Of a DNA stretch of 64,000 bases, positions 12,701-61,100 are shown piece by piece. The notes under the pieces were generated by a model. The model was not told the origin of the DNA and made no database searches. It saw nothing but the letters and a program-made list of their open reading frames with translations. The translations under genes and the position numbers were made by a program. Position 1 is the stretch's first letter. Every line of letters begins with the position of its first letter. The DNA lies in NCBI GenBank assembly GCA_039621445.1, contig CP154954.1, forward strand, positions 41,905,572 through 41,969,571, read 5' to 3'. The DNA is from Euglena gracilis. Taxonomy: Eukaryota.

Positions 12701-13134
12701 AATGAAAGCCTGCTCAAGAGCCTGGCTAACAAGCTGACCCGCCAGAAGAAGGCTGGGTTATGTACATGGCTTCATTTAACACCTGTGTGACCCCTCCCCC
12801 CCAGAGGGGGCGAGTGGGTGGGTTTTCGGTTCCTGGGTGGGTTGGGGCTGCTGGACCCCCTGGGGAGTGTGCCATGTCTGGCCCGGCCAAAGGCCGGGCT
12901 TGGGAAAATAAACTTCTTGCTTCTTTCTTTCAAGGGGTTTCGACTGATTTAGGGTGGGTTTGGGGTGGGTGGGTGGGTGGGTGGGTGGGTGGACCCCCGG
13001 GGGTTATGTGTGGGTGTGTTTTTGAAAAGAATGGTGGAAATGTTTGGGACCCAGGAGAAATGGCCTCCACTGGGTGTCACTAAGTGAATCCATGGTTCTG
13101 GTGGCTAGACGAGGAGGGTATCTGTCTTGTGTAA
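794..13134 (+). CDS. Nucleotide-diphospho-sugar transferase (GT77-like, GT-A fold), multi-exon, 5'-partial
   Basis: Hand-spliced exons 794-890, 2365-2436, ~4119-4156, 4670-4726, 8734-8785, 8889-9008, 10796-10865, 11232-~11345, ~12266-12366, 12718-12761, 13100-13134 give family motifs in order: VVMLTTSTIGYLDFVLNF..HYVIAALD, IDSDVVLFRNPLP (DxD), YAQSD, FNAGLFFV, DDQPLYN, MAANG, HNNCIKSLANKLTRQKKAGLWWLDEEGICLV*. Exons between 2437 and 4118 (e.g. MYEAGAAL near 3271) and upstream of 794 are unresolved. Confidence 0.85.
891..2364 (+). other. Nonconventional intron (GG...CC)
   Basis: +4 CAGCCTCC pairs with GGGGGTTG ending at -6; removal gives CTG G|AT TTC = GYLDFVLN. Confidence 0.8.
2564..2681. mobile_element. 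hAT-type MITE
   Basis: TIR CAGGCTGTTTTTT/AAAAAACAGCCTG; TSD GGGCCGAC/GTGCCGAC; same family as 8076-8371. Confidence 0.82.
3445..3945. mobile_element. MITE family with AATTGACGCCC/AATTGTCACCC subterminal repeats, diverged copy
   Basis: Collinear with 26153-26648 and 62465-62973 (shared core TTTCAGATGGTGTTCTTGGTCATTT); ends approximate. Confidence 0.78.
4157..4669 (+). other. Nonconventional intron (GG...GC)
   Basis: +4 GAGGGTGGCG pairs 9/10 with CGCCCCCCTT ending at -6; removal gives DSDVVL|FRNP. Confidence 0.75.
4949..5371. mobile_element. TA-flanked MITE
   Basis: TAACCCCCCCCTAA...TTAGGGGGGGGGTTA ends; internal repeats of CTCTTGTAGTGGAC; related copy at about 1992-2237. Confidence 0.65.
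6043..6379. mobile_element. hAT-type MITE with GTGCGCCGCGG internal repeats, nested in another repeat
   Basis: TIR CAGACGTTCATTTAGTGCG/CGCACTAAATGAAAGCCTG; perfect TSD GTGCTGGC (6035-6042, 6380-6387). Confidence 0.9.
8076..8371. mobile_element. hAT-type MITE
   Basis: TIR CAGGCTG.../...CAGCCTG; perfect TSD CTCCGGAA (8068-8075, 8372-8379). Confidence 0.88.
9009..10795 (+). other. Nonconventional intron (GC...GG)
   Basis: CAAGGGCCCTTCC pairs 11/13 with GGAAGGGGCCGTG at +4/-6; removal gives WMIA|EVDAG in frame. Confidence 0.75.
11448..11827. mobile_element. TA-flanked (Tc1/mariner-type) MITE
   Basis: TA-C-run-TTGTCTAAGCACC ... GGTGCTTAGACAA-G-run-AGG-TA inverted ends. Confidence 0.8.
12367..12717 (+). 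other. Nonconventional intron (GG...AA)
   Basis: CGGGCTTGCATTT pairs 12/13 with AAATGAAAGCCTG at +4/-6; removal gives HNNCIKSLANK. Confidence 0.8.
12762..13099 (+). other. Nonconventional intron (GT...CT) made of a whole MITE copy (12765-13094)
   Basis: CATGGCTTCATTTA/TAAGTGAATCCATG stem at +4/-6; removal restores KAGLWW; body is homologous to 23469-23774. Confidence 0.85.
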
Positions 13135-14490
13135 TGGCTCCTCTCCGCACTTCAACAAAATTCCCCTCCCCTTCCCTCTTTCCCTGCCTTTGTGTGTCTG
13201 AATGGAGGGTGCCGTATAACTCTCCAGATTGCGGCTGGCCACCATCCTCGCAAAAACTCCTGTTTTGACTCTGTGCTGTATGGTTTTTACGATTTTTTTT
13301 TCAGGACTGATCTCTGCTGTGAACTAAATTCACAAATGGATCAGCAATGATAGGGACATTTTCTGCATTGTGGTGATTTAAGGGGAATCGAACCATGTGA
13401 GGGTTATTATTTGGGCAACCTTTTCAACCTCAATATATGACCCTCACAGCAATTTACCATTTCCTCTGGACCCAGTTTCCCCCACAATTCTGGGCTTTGG
13501 CTGCTTCGCTGCTTCGTACCACAAAAACTGATCACGGGAGTCCTGGTCAGTGAACGGGAGGGGGACCCCTAAATTTACTCCTAACGGCCTAAATCCTGAC
13601 CCTAACCCAAACCCTGTTCCTGTTCCTGACCTTTTCCCTATTAAGAACAGGCGAAGAAGTGTCCCTGGTTGACTGAAAGGGTGCGGACCCCTTCACCCAT
13701 CAAGCCGCATCGACTCCCCAGGAAGTAACCCCCCCAAATAACACCCCCCCCCCCCCGGTGTGTTATTTGGGCACCCGAACTGGGCCCCCAGGGGGGTGTG
13801 TGTGTTATTTTTACATGGAAAACCAAAGGAAAACAGGGGGGGGGTGTTATTTGGGCGCTCGAAATCGGCCCCCGAGGGGGGGTGTGTTATTTGGGGGGGG
13901 GTGTTATTAGGGGGGTGTGTTATTTGGGAGGGGGGTTTATTTGGAGACCTCACCCTCCGCCTCACAGGGCAAAACTTTTCCTTCGCACTGCACTGTGAAT
14001 TTTATTTTTGGTCCAATCACAGAACGGTGTAGGGCTGTTTTGGCTGGGGTTCTCACCCTAAGAAAATAATGGAAATTTGGCAAATGTTCTTCCTTTCTTC
14101 CTCACTCTGAAAATGGCGGCCATTCTGAATGAAAATGGCGGCCCCACATAGTTGTTGAAACAGCTTTGTAGGCTGTCAGATATTGTCTGTAGCTTTTTTG
14201 TGCCAGGTTTGTATGTATGTTTTCTCAATCCACAACTGGCAGCCTTGAGTGCGGAAACTCTTCCAGAACGTGCAAATTTATTTATTCTGTGGCATTTTTT
14301 TTGCAGTTTTTGCAGTCCAGGCTTTTGCCTGCCGATGTGCCTCTTTCCTTCACCCCCTTTCAACCCACTTTTGGGGGGTTTGGGGGGTTCACCCCCCCCC
14401 CCGCCCAAAAACCTCTGGCTCGAAGGCACACACATTGCGGAACCCCCACACCACCATGCTTGCGCTTCGGGGAACGGCCGGTGCCTCATC

Positions 14491-14506
14491 CGCCTCTTCT
14501 TTCCAG
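14491..14506 (+). promoter_or_regulatory. Putative spliced-leader trans-splice acceptor
   Basis: Pyrimidine tract plus CAG ending 9 nt before the start ATG; SL trans-splicing is established in euglenozoans. Confidence 0.55.
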
Positions 14507-14515
14507 GGCCACGCC

Positions 14516-24992
<10,477 letters not shown>

Positions 24993-25764
24993 CAGCCCGG
25001 CACAATACACACCTCGGTGAGGGGCGGCGGGTGTGTGCCTGTGGCACCCCCGTACCCCACACACATATGGGTGGCACCCGCACTCCACCATCGCTGTTCT
25101 TTCCTGCCACTGCGTTGCTGTCTGTGTCCACTGGTGCTGGGGCATTTCTCATTCCGCAACTTTTGTGTCTCTTAACATTCACGCCTGCATCCAACCCCCC
25201 ACCGGGGGGTCCAGCTAGCATCTTTTTTCCCCACCCCCTGACAAGTCCTTATCGTATCATTAACCCCCCACTGACTAACCCCCTGGGGTCAGTACGATCT
25301 GGTTTGCTTGGGCCGAAGCGGGGGTGGGTGGTTAGTAGTTGGGGGGGTTAGTTGGTCAAATCCGACCCCCCAAAATGCCCAAAACACCCCTCTGCAATGC
25401 ATTTTTTTTTGGCAGAATTCGAAAATGGCATTTTTCATGATGATTCTTGGGAACACAAAAATTGACAAAAATCAGTTGGTGTCTTGCAACCAAATAAATC
25501 GTCCCCGGCGTCTTTTTCATTTTTCTTCACCGGGGGGGGGGTTAGTCAGTCGTCCTTTGGTTTGTTGGTCACAGGGGGGGCTTGTAGGTGGGGGGGGGGT
25601 GGGTGGGAAAAGTGGGGGGAGAGGTGAGGTTTAAACCGGGGGCCGGTGCGGACAGTTTCCCAGGTGCGACCCTGACAGGTTCTCTGGTATCACAGTTTCC
25701 CAGGAGGGTGAGGGTAGGATTGCAATCATCATTTGCACCCATTCCCAAGTCCTCCCGACCGGGG

Positions 25765-26037
25765 CAGGCTTCTTTTTAAGTCAGCAGACCCCCCACCCCC
25801 GGGGGGAGGGGGGGTGGGTGGGTGGGTCCCGGCCGGACCCCCCCCCCCGGGGGGGGGTCCCGCGCCGAAGGCGCTGGGTATACCTTTTCGGCGCGAAGAG
25901 CCGAATTTTTTTGAAAATTGCCTTTAGCGGCCCCCATTTTTTGGGGGGCACCCCCCCCCGGGGGGGTCCCGCGCCACCCTGGGTGGGTGGGGGGGACCCC
26001 CCCTCCCCCCCCCCCGGGGGGCTTAAAAAGAAGCCTG
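25765..26037. mobile_element. hAT-type MITE, intergenic
   Basis: Perfect 16-bp TIR CAGGCTTCTTTTTAAG/CTTAAAAAGAAGCCTG; perfect TSD GACCGGGG (25757-25764, 26038-26045). Confidence 0.92.
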
Positions 26038-26152
26038 GACCGGGGGTTTTCTCCTGGGGGGAGGGTCCGGCGGGCCGCTTCTTTTAAACTCAGACCCCCC
26101 CCAGTGGGTGGGTTTGGGGCCGGACCGACCCGGGGGTGGGTCCCGGCTGGGT

Positions 26153-26648
26153 CCCCCCCCCCCCCCGGGCAATTGACGCCCCCGGGTAATTGACGCCCCT
26201 GGGCAATTGACGCCCCCGGGCAATTGTCACCCCTGGCTGTGCCGGCCAATTTGTCACCCCGGGAAATTGTCACCCCCCTCCGTGCTGCCCAATTTGTCAC
26301 CCCCCACAGAAGACGTTTGTGAACTTTCTTTTCGCCGGCACGACTCAATTGATCTTCTATTTCGCTACAACGTGCTGAGAAATGTCACATACCAAATGCT
26401 CTGCACAATATCACAACCATAGCTGCATTTTTGCATGTTCACTGGTGTTTCAGATGGTGTTCTTGGTCATTTGGATTAAATGTGGTCTACATGGGTAGGC
26501 AATTGACGCCCCCGGGCAATTGACGCCCCCGGGCAATTGTCACCCCCCTCTGTGCCGGCCAAATTGTCACCCTGGGAAATTGTCACCCCCCTCCGTGCTG
26601 CCCGATTTGTCGCGCGACAATTGCCCGGGGGGGGGGGGGCGGTTATGG
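26153..26648. mobile_element. MITE family with 17-bp AATTGACGCCCCCGGGC subterminal repeats
   Basis: CCCGGGCAATTG/CAATTGCCCGGG inverted ends; collinear with copies at ~3445 and ~62465. Confidence 0.85.
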
Positions 26649-27055
26649 GTTTTGGCGCAATTTTTTTTGGGAAATACCCTCAGACGGCCCGATTTTAATT
26701 AAAGATCGCATTTGGACCCACTTTGAATCCATGAGCGCAGAACAAAATTCGAGCTTCGGCCAAGACGAAATAGGCTATGTGTATACAATTTTGCATTGAT
26801 TGTATCAAGGTGTGTAGTTTTGGATGCCAGACTTCGAGGGAAAAGGGAAATAATCTGGGGCAGAGCAGGAAGATATGCGTAAGATGTCCTTTCTGTCCAA
26901 AAACTGCGGACGGGCCATTTTTTTCCAAGTGGGCCCAACCATATTATGGTTGCTTCTGACATTCACACCAATGTCAATAATAATATTGGTTTGGGTCCAT
27001 TGCTCTTCTAGATACATGCAGTGTAAACCAAAAAGTCCAGTTTTGGGGGGTGAAC

Positions 27056-27169
<114 letters not shown>

Positions 27170-28095
27170 GCACACATCTTAATATACATGTATATTTAAC
27201 ACATAATACACATTTGAATACATGCACACGTACACATTTGAAAATTCCAAAAGCACAAATCTCTGTATTACCCATAAAAATCAATTTTTTGGGTTTTTTT
27301 TTACTAATGGACCCGTCACATTACTCCTGTCCCAATGTTCGCACACCAATGCTATTGTGGGTTTTTTCCGAGTTAGCATGCAGCACTGTCCTCTCCACCT
27401 GGGAAGGGGGGGCATCGATCGGACACAAGAGACCCAACATTTGGATTGGCGGAAGCAAAGACTAACACATGAAATATGCATTATCCAGTGCTTTCTTTTC
27501 TTGGTTCATGTCCTCATGATTTCCAGAAGTGGGATGAAATTGCCACAGCAACAAGGCTTTTGTACTATTGGAGGGCCCCTTTGCGGGCCTCCAGTCATTC
27601 AGGGCAATTGTCACACCCCATTCAGGGGACAGGAGCCAAACAAAGTAAGTTTTTTTTTGCCAGAGTGTTTGCCTTGGCCGCTTGTCTGCAGAGTTTTGTC
27701 GCTTTCTCTCGTGGCCGCCCCTTGCCTTCGGCGCCAGCGACTCCCTGGTGGATGTGCCGGGCCCCCGGGCAGGCCTTTGCTGAAGGTCTTTTTCCCCAAG
27801 GGAAGCATTTCACTGCCTTGCCGGGCCAGGGCCAGGGACGTTTGTGATGGGCTGGATGTGGCCAGGAAGCCCCCCCCCCCCCCGCTGGGCTGCAAACGGG
27901 TCGACTTCGATGGTTTGGCGCCTTTTCTTGGCCACCGCTTTTCATGGCGGGTTGGGGTTCTTGGTACCGCCCCCCCCCCCAGATTTCAGGGTTGGGACAG
28001 CACGGCCCAGTTCCCGCCAGCCCGAAAGCCGACCGCCCCAGAGATGGCCCCCGGGGCCAGCCCGTGCAGCAAAAGCCGGCGGGCGGCCGCACGGG

Positions 28096-56111
<28,016 letters not shown>

Positions 56112-56332
56112 CCCCACCCCTCGCGACCCGCCCCCGACCTGGGCTGTCCCCCCTGTCAATGTCGACCCCGCCTCCTGACCCTGTGTGAATAGAGTGTGGA
56201 TTATCGCACTGGGGCTTTGCATTGATGCCAAGTGCCCCCCAGGCACGCATGCCGAAACCAATGCCCAAACTAGCCCCCCAGAATTGAAGGACCATAACAC
56301 AGGCAAGGGAGTGCCAACAGCCAGGCCGGGAC

Positions 56333-57306
56333 CAGACGTTTAGAGTGTGCACCAAAAAACTTTTCTGTGTATCACATGTTCACCAAGAGGAATTTTGTGT
56401 TCACCTGTGTTCACAAATTTTTATGTTCGCATGTGTTCACCAAGTATTTTTGTGTTCACCAAAAAAGGTGTTGAGAAGAATATCAAAGTTGTTTTTGTCC
56501 CTCGGAAAGGGGATAGGCATTTGTTCGGGCGTGAATGGAAAAATGAGATTTGTTGCATTTTGACCCGGGTCTTGGAAAGAGGAACAACTGTGGCGGCATT
56601 GCAAGAGCGTTTTTTGCTTGCTTGAGCCCAATACTTTGGGGTTGGCAAATGGCACGCCGTCCCGGAATGTGAATAAGAATGTTTGCGACGTTTCGAAGCA
56701 ACACTCCAGGCAGAAGATTTTCAAACATTCGCTGACACATGCTAAGAAAAGCCTTAAAAAAAGCTCAACCCCCGGCGTCATCGTACAAGTGGGACCTATC
56801 CCCTAATGTTGGTATTTTTTCCCCTGATTCTGGCATTCCACTGGGATATTTTTGGACGTTTCCGGTGCGCGGAGCGTGCCCAGGTGTAGCCTGTCACAGG
56901 GGGTGTAGCCTGTCACAGGGATTTGGGGTTGGGTTTGGGATTTGGTGCAGGTCAGGAATTTTAGGCCAAATAAGGCCGAATTCTCAAAAATTGGACCTAA
57001 AATTGGGCCTTGATTTTCGGGTTTATTCAGGTTGAAAGTGAAGGCGGCCGACATCATAACCCCTGTGAGTAACCCCAATTTTTCCTCACTCCGCATGCAG
57101 GAAACCCTGGACAGGTTCTGACAAGTGGAATCGATCACGGTCCACCCCCTGTCACACATTTGGATCCCGCAGGGGATCAGTTTGAGGCTGCCTTATACTT
57201 TTTCTTTTTTTCTTGTTCACCCAAATTTCTCAGTGTGTTCACCTGTGTTCACCAAAAAAAAAATGTGTTCACCAGCGTCTTTGTGAACACACTAAGTGGA
57301 TGTCTG
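56333..57306. mobile_element. Older hAT-type element with TGTTCACC subterminal repeats, intergenic
   Basis: CAGACGTT/GATGTCTG ends; TSD GCCGGGAC/GCTGGAAC (6/8). Confidence 0.65.
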
Positions 57307-57854
57307 GCTGGAACGTGTGCACACCACGGAGGCTTACAAGCAAGCCCTGGAGCCATCCTCCTCCTTTTTTTTCCATTTGAGGAGTTCATAGCTCCAACAG
57401 GCAAGTTTGAAGGCAGTTGCATTTTTTTCATCAAATCACTGACCCCAAGGATTGAGTTCCTTCGGATAATTTGATGAAAATGCACTCATCCAACTCAAGT
57501 ATCCTCCAAAGGTGTAACCCCCCCCGCCAAATATAAGCAACTCTTTGGCCAATTTTCGGCCGACACCCAAATTTCCTACTCCCAAAGTATACGCGACCTC
57601 GGACTGGGCAATATGAAGGAAATGGCATTAAAGCGGCAGAATCAGCAAATTCCAAACACAAGCAACCCCCAAATAACCGGTTGCTTCTATTTGGGGGGTC
57701 TACCCCAACTGGATTGGATCGTGGGAATGGATCTGATCTTTGCTGAGCTGCGGCAAGGCCGCACTCCATGATTTCTGTCCAACTGTCTCGCAGGACAAGC
57801 CTGCAGTCCAAACCTTTAGGACCAGGGGTTGGGTGTCTGCGTGTTCCCGCCCGT

Positions 57855-57869
57855 CTGTGCTCTTTCCAG
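57855..57869 (+). promoter_or_regulatory. Putative spliced-leader trans-splice acceptor
   Basis: TCTTTCCAG|GGCC, the same 13-mer as upstream of the WD40 gene. Confidence 0.5.
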
Positions 57870-57907
57870 GGCCCTTGCCATGCCGTCCTGATGTGACCGG
57901 CTCACAT

Positions 57908-58093
57908 ATGTCACTCGCCTCCGTGGTGCAGGGGAAGCCCTGCCACTGCTGCGGGATTTTTGTGGACCTTCCTTTCACATGTCACAAGTGTGGGGAGAGC
58001 CTGTGTGAGGTGTGTGTGTGTCGCGCGCGCGCGTGTGTGTGTGTGTGCGTGCGGATGTGCATGTGTGGGCACACATTTGCATATGTGTACGTG

Positions 58094-58130
<37 letters not shown>

Positions 58131-61100
58131 AAGCGAGCGTGCATGCGTGCATGTGTGCGCACATGTGTGCGATGTGTACTCCTAATTCCACCAGCCCTGT
58201 GGCCGAAGGGATCACGTCTTGGAGAGGGAATGCACACGGCTTGGGCAACCGTCAAGTGCATCATTTGTGTCACCCCATGCGTCATTTCAGTCCCATCGCC
58301 TGCAGGACCATCGCCTCTTCGCCAGCCACAACTGCCGCGGCCACTACGACAAGGTGGTGCCGGAGTGCCCGCTGTGCGGCCAGTTGGTCCCCACGGCCAG
58401 GGGCGGATAGCCAACCTTTGGTCTCACACACAAACATGTCCAGCGCGAATGAGGGGGGCAGCCGAAGGCTCCACTCGCAGACCTTGGAATGGGAAGGCCC
58501 CCCTGTATGTGCAACTGGCAACCGTTTAGAATGGACGCAGCTCACACATTTTAAGATATTCCACCATGCATTTGCTGCCAAAGCAGTGGCACCACCACTG
58601 GCAACTCCCCCCCTCCCCACACACATGTTGACGAACCCCCCACGCCGGCCAGAGCGTCTCTCCAGAACCCCCTCTGTGTTGTCTGCCTTGTCACCTCCCA
58701 TTTTCGCTGTCAAAGAGGAGTTCCAAAACAATAGAAACACTCAAAAATGAGTTTTTTTCCCCTCTTTGGGAGGTGGACGGGTTTTGTTTATCATGACCCA
58801 ACCTGTTGACCCGGGTGGTAACAGCATCCCCTTTGACATCCCATTGATTGACAAAAATCGACCCCCCAGGCAATTTTTAACGCTGGGTCATTTCCACTTC
58901 ATCCCTGAAATGAGAAGCCCAACGACACACAAGAACATTGCCCTATTTTCTCCCCTAGTTGTTTGCAAATGCATGCCCCGCGGCAAACGGGCCTTATCTT
59001 GAAAAGAAGCTTTGACCCCACCCCAGCACCCCAGGGAGGTCCAGCCCGCCAGCAGCCTTTTTCCAGCCAGCAGCCTTTTTTCCAGCCCTGCACCTCCCTC
59101 CCCCCCCACCCATCAGCGAGTTTTATTTATTTCCAGCCACCCTTTGGGCCGCTGGACGACAACAGATTTTTGGCATTTGTGGGTGCAACAACAATCGGCC
59201 GAAAAACGGGTCAAAAATGGGCGAAAATGGGTCGGAAAACGGCTGTCCGGGGCCCCGGGGCAAATTTTGGATAAAAAAAACGTTGTTTTTTTGCATTTGC
59301 CAAAATTGGCATTTTTTTGACATTTTTGCAGTTTCTATTTTTGGTACCCGTTTCGACACCCCCAGTCAGGCCCTGTTCCAGCCCTGGGGCGTGGCCATGG
59401 GGGGTCAACCAGCAGCCTTTTTCCAGCCAGCCCAAGTTTTTCATCCTCTGAGCTAGACCCCCCCGGGGGGGGGTCGTTGAAAAACACCCTGGTGGCAAGT
59501 CTGTTGTTGTTGTTTTGGGGGCAGATTTTTCAAAACGACCATTGGGCCCGGAGCGCTGTGCAAGCCGAAGCTGAAGGATCCCAGGGTCCACTGGCTGGCA
59601 GTCTCAAGCTGGAAAGTCACTGGCCACTTCACCCTGGAGATGGGGGGGGGTCTGGTCCCCCCCGACAGGAAAAAAAACAGTATCTTCCGTCGCTTTGCGC
59701 CAATGTGGAGACGAGGTTATGGTGTATATTTCTTTTGTATTTTCATCCCAAATAGCTTCCCAACGTTCCAAAAATGGACATCTCTGGCATGTTTTGGGTG
59801 TAACAAAAGGAAATTCTGGTGCTTCGTGCCCCCAAGAACCCTGGGTCATGGGGGAGGAATGTTGGCCAGAATTGTCAGTTTGCATGGTGTTTTATTCGCT
59901 CCTTCCTGCGGCTCACAACCAAGATCCAAACCACGCCGTGTCCGTCCACATGGAAAAGGTACGACGGCTTGCCAGTGTGCGCTTGCCCAGTAGAGCCATG
60001 GTGGAGGGCCCAGGACCCCCGTGAGCCCAATTGTGATGGTGAGTGCGTGCCCGTCTCGCCAAACTGTTTTTCCAGTTTATGTGCAGCGCCACCGTGCATG
60101 CCCCCCCCCCCACCTAGGGCTGCCCGCGGGAAGGGAAGACCGCGTCCCCGCAGCCCCAGCGCCTCAATTTCTGCGCCTTCCGGGACTGCACCGCCAACGA
60201 GCACGTCCTCATCCGCTGCAAAGCATGCGGCAACTCCTTCTGCGTCCCACACCGCCTGCAGGTCAGCTGCCTCTCCCACACCTCCCCCCCCCCAGACAGG
60301 GAGGTCCATAGAGGACAAGTTTTTTTTAAAACTCAGGACTGTCTCTTAAGGACCGCCCTTGGCCAAAGGGCCGGCCAAGTTGGCAGTCGAACGGGGTCAA
60401 AAATGAAAAGTGAGAAACATTTTTCATACGTCCAGATATAGTTCTGAGCCTCGTACACAGTACCTCCCCCCCCTTGTGACAAATGCATTGTTGGTATGAA
60501 ATGATTTTAAGACAATTTTACCCCCCACCTATAGGAAAAAATGCTCGAAAATGGCCGAAAATGGCCGAAAATGGCCGAAAATGGCCGAAAATGGCCGAAA
60601 ATGGCCGAAAATGGCCGAAAATTGCAAAAATCGGGGGGTCAACTATAGGTGCTTGCCCTTGTCCAACGACCGGCCTTGTCCAACGACCCCCCCGGTCAGT
60701 AGCGATCTTTTTCCAGGTGATATTTTTTCCAGACGTTTGTGTTCTGTCAGAGTATAGACCACACAATTGCAAAGTTTTTTTTGTCTAGTTTCCTGCAAAT
60801 CAGCAACTTTTGGCCTTTTTTTGGCCCCTTTTTTTGGCCAGTTTGGACCACTTTTGGCCACTTTTGCCCATTTTGGGCTGCATTTGGCAATTCAGACCAC
60901 TTTGTTTGGATGCATTTTTGCTTCCAAACATTTTTGCTTTATACCAATTTTCGGCTGCTTTTGGCTATTTTTGCACATTTGTGGCCATTTTAGCCACTTC
61001 TATTGCTTTTATCCACTTCTTGCCCCTTTTTGGCCACTTTTGGCCATTTTGTGGTCACTTGCACAGATTCAGTGACTGCAATTTTGTAATCGATGGGCGC

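Noticed and set aside
794-13134. Fragmented GT77 gene read as a pseudogene
   Set aside because: Motifs are intact and in order, and frames join once the +4/-6 intron rule is applied.
26160-26300. CRISPR-like spaced repeats (also 613-678 and 62485-62620)
   Set aside because: Tandem subterminal MITE repeats with no unique spacers, no cas genes, and eukaryotic context.
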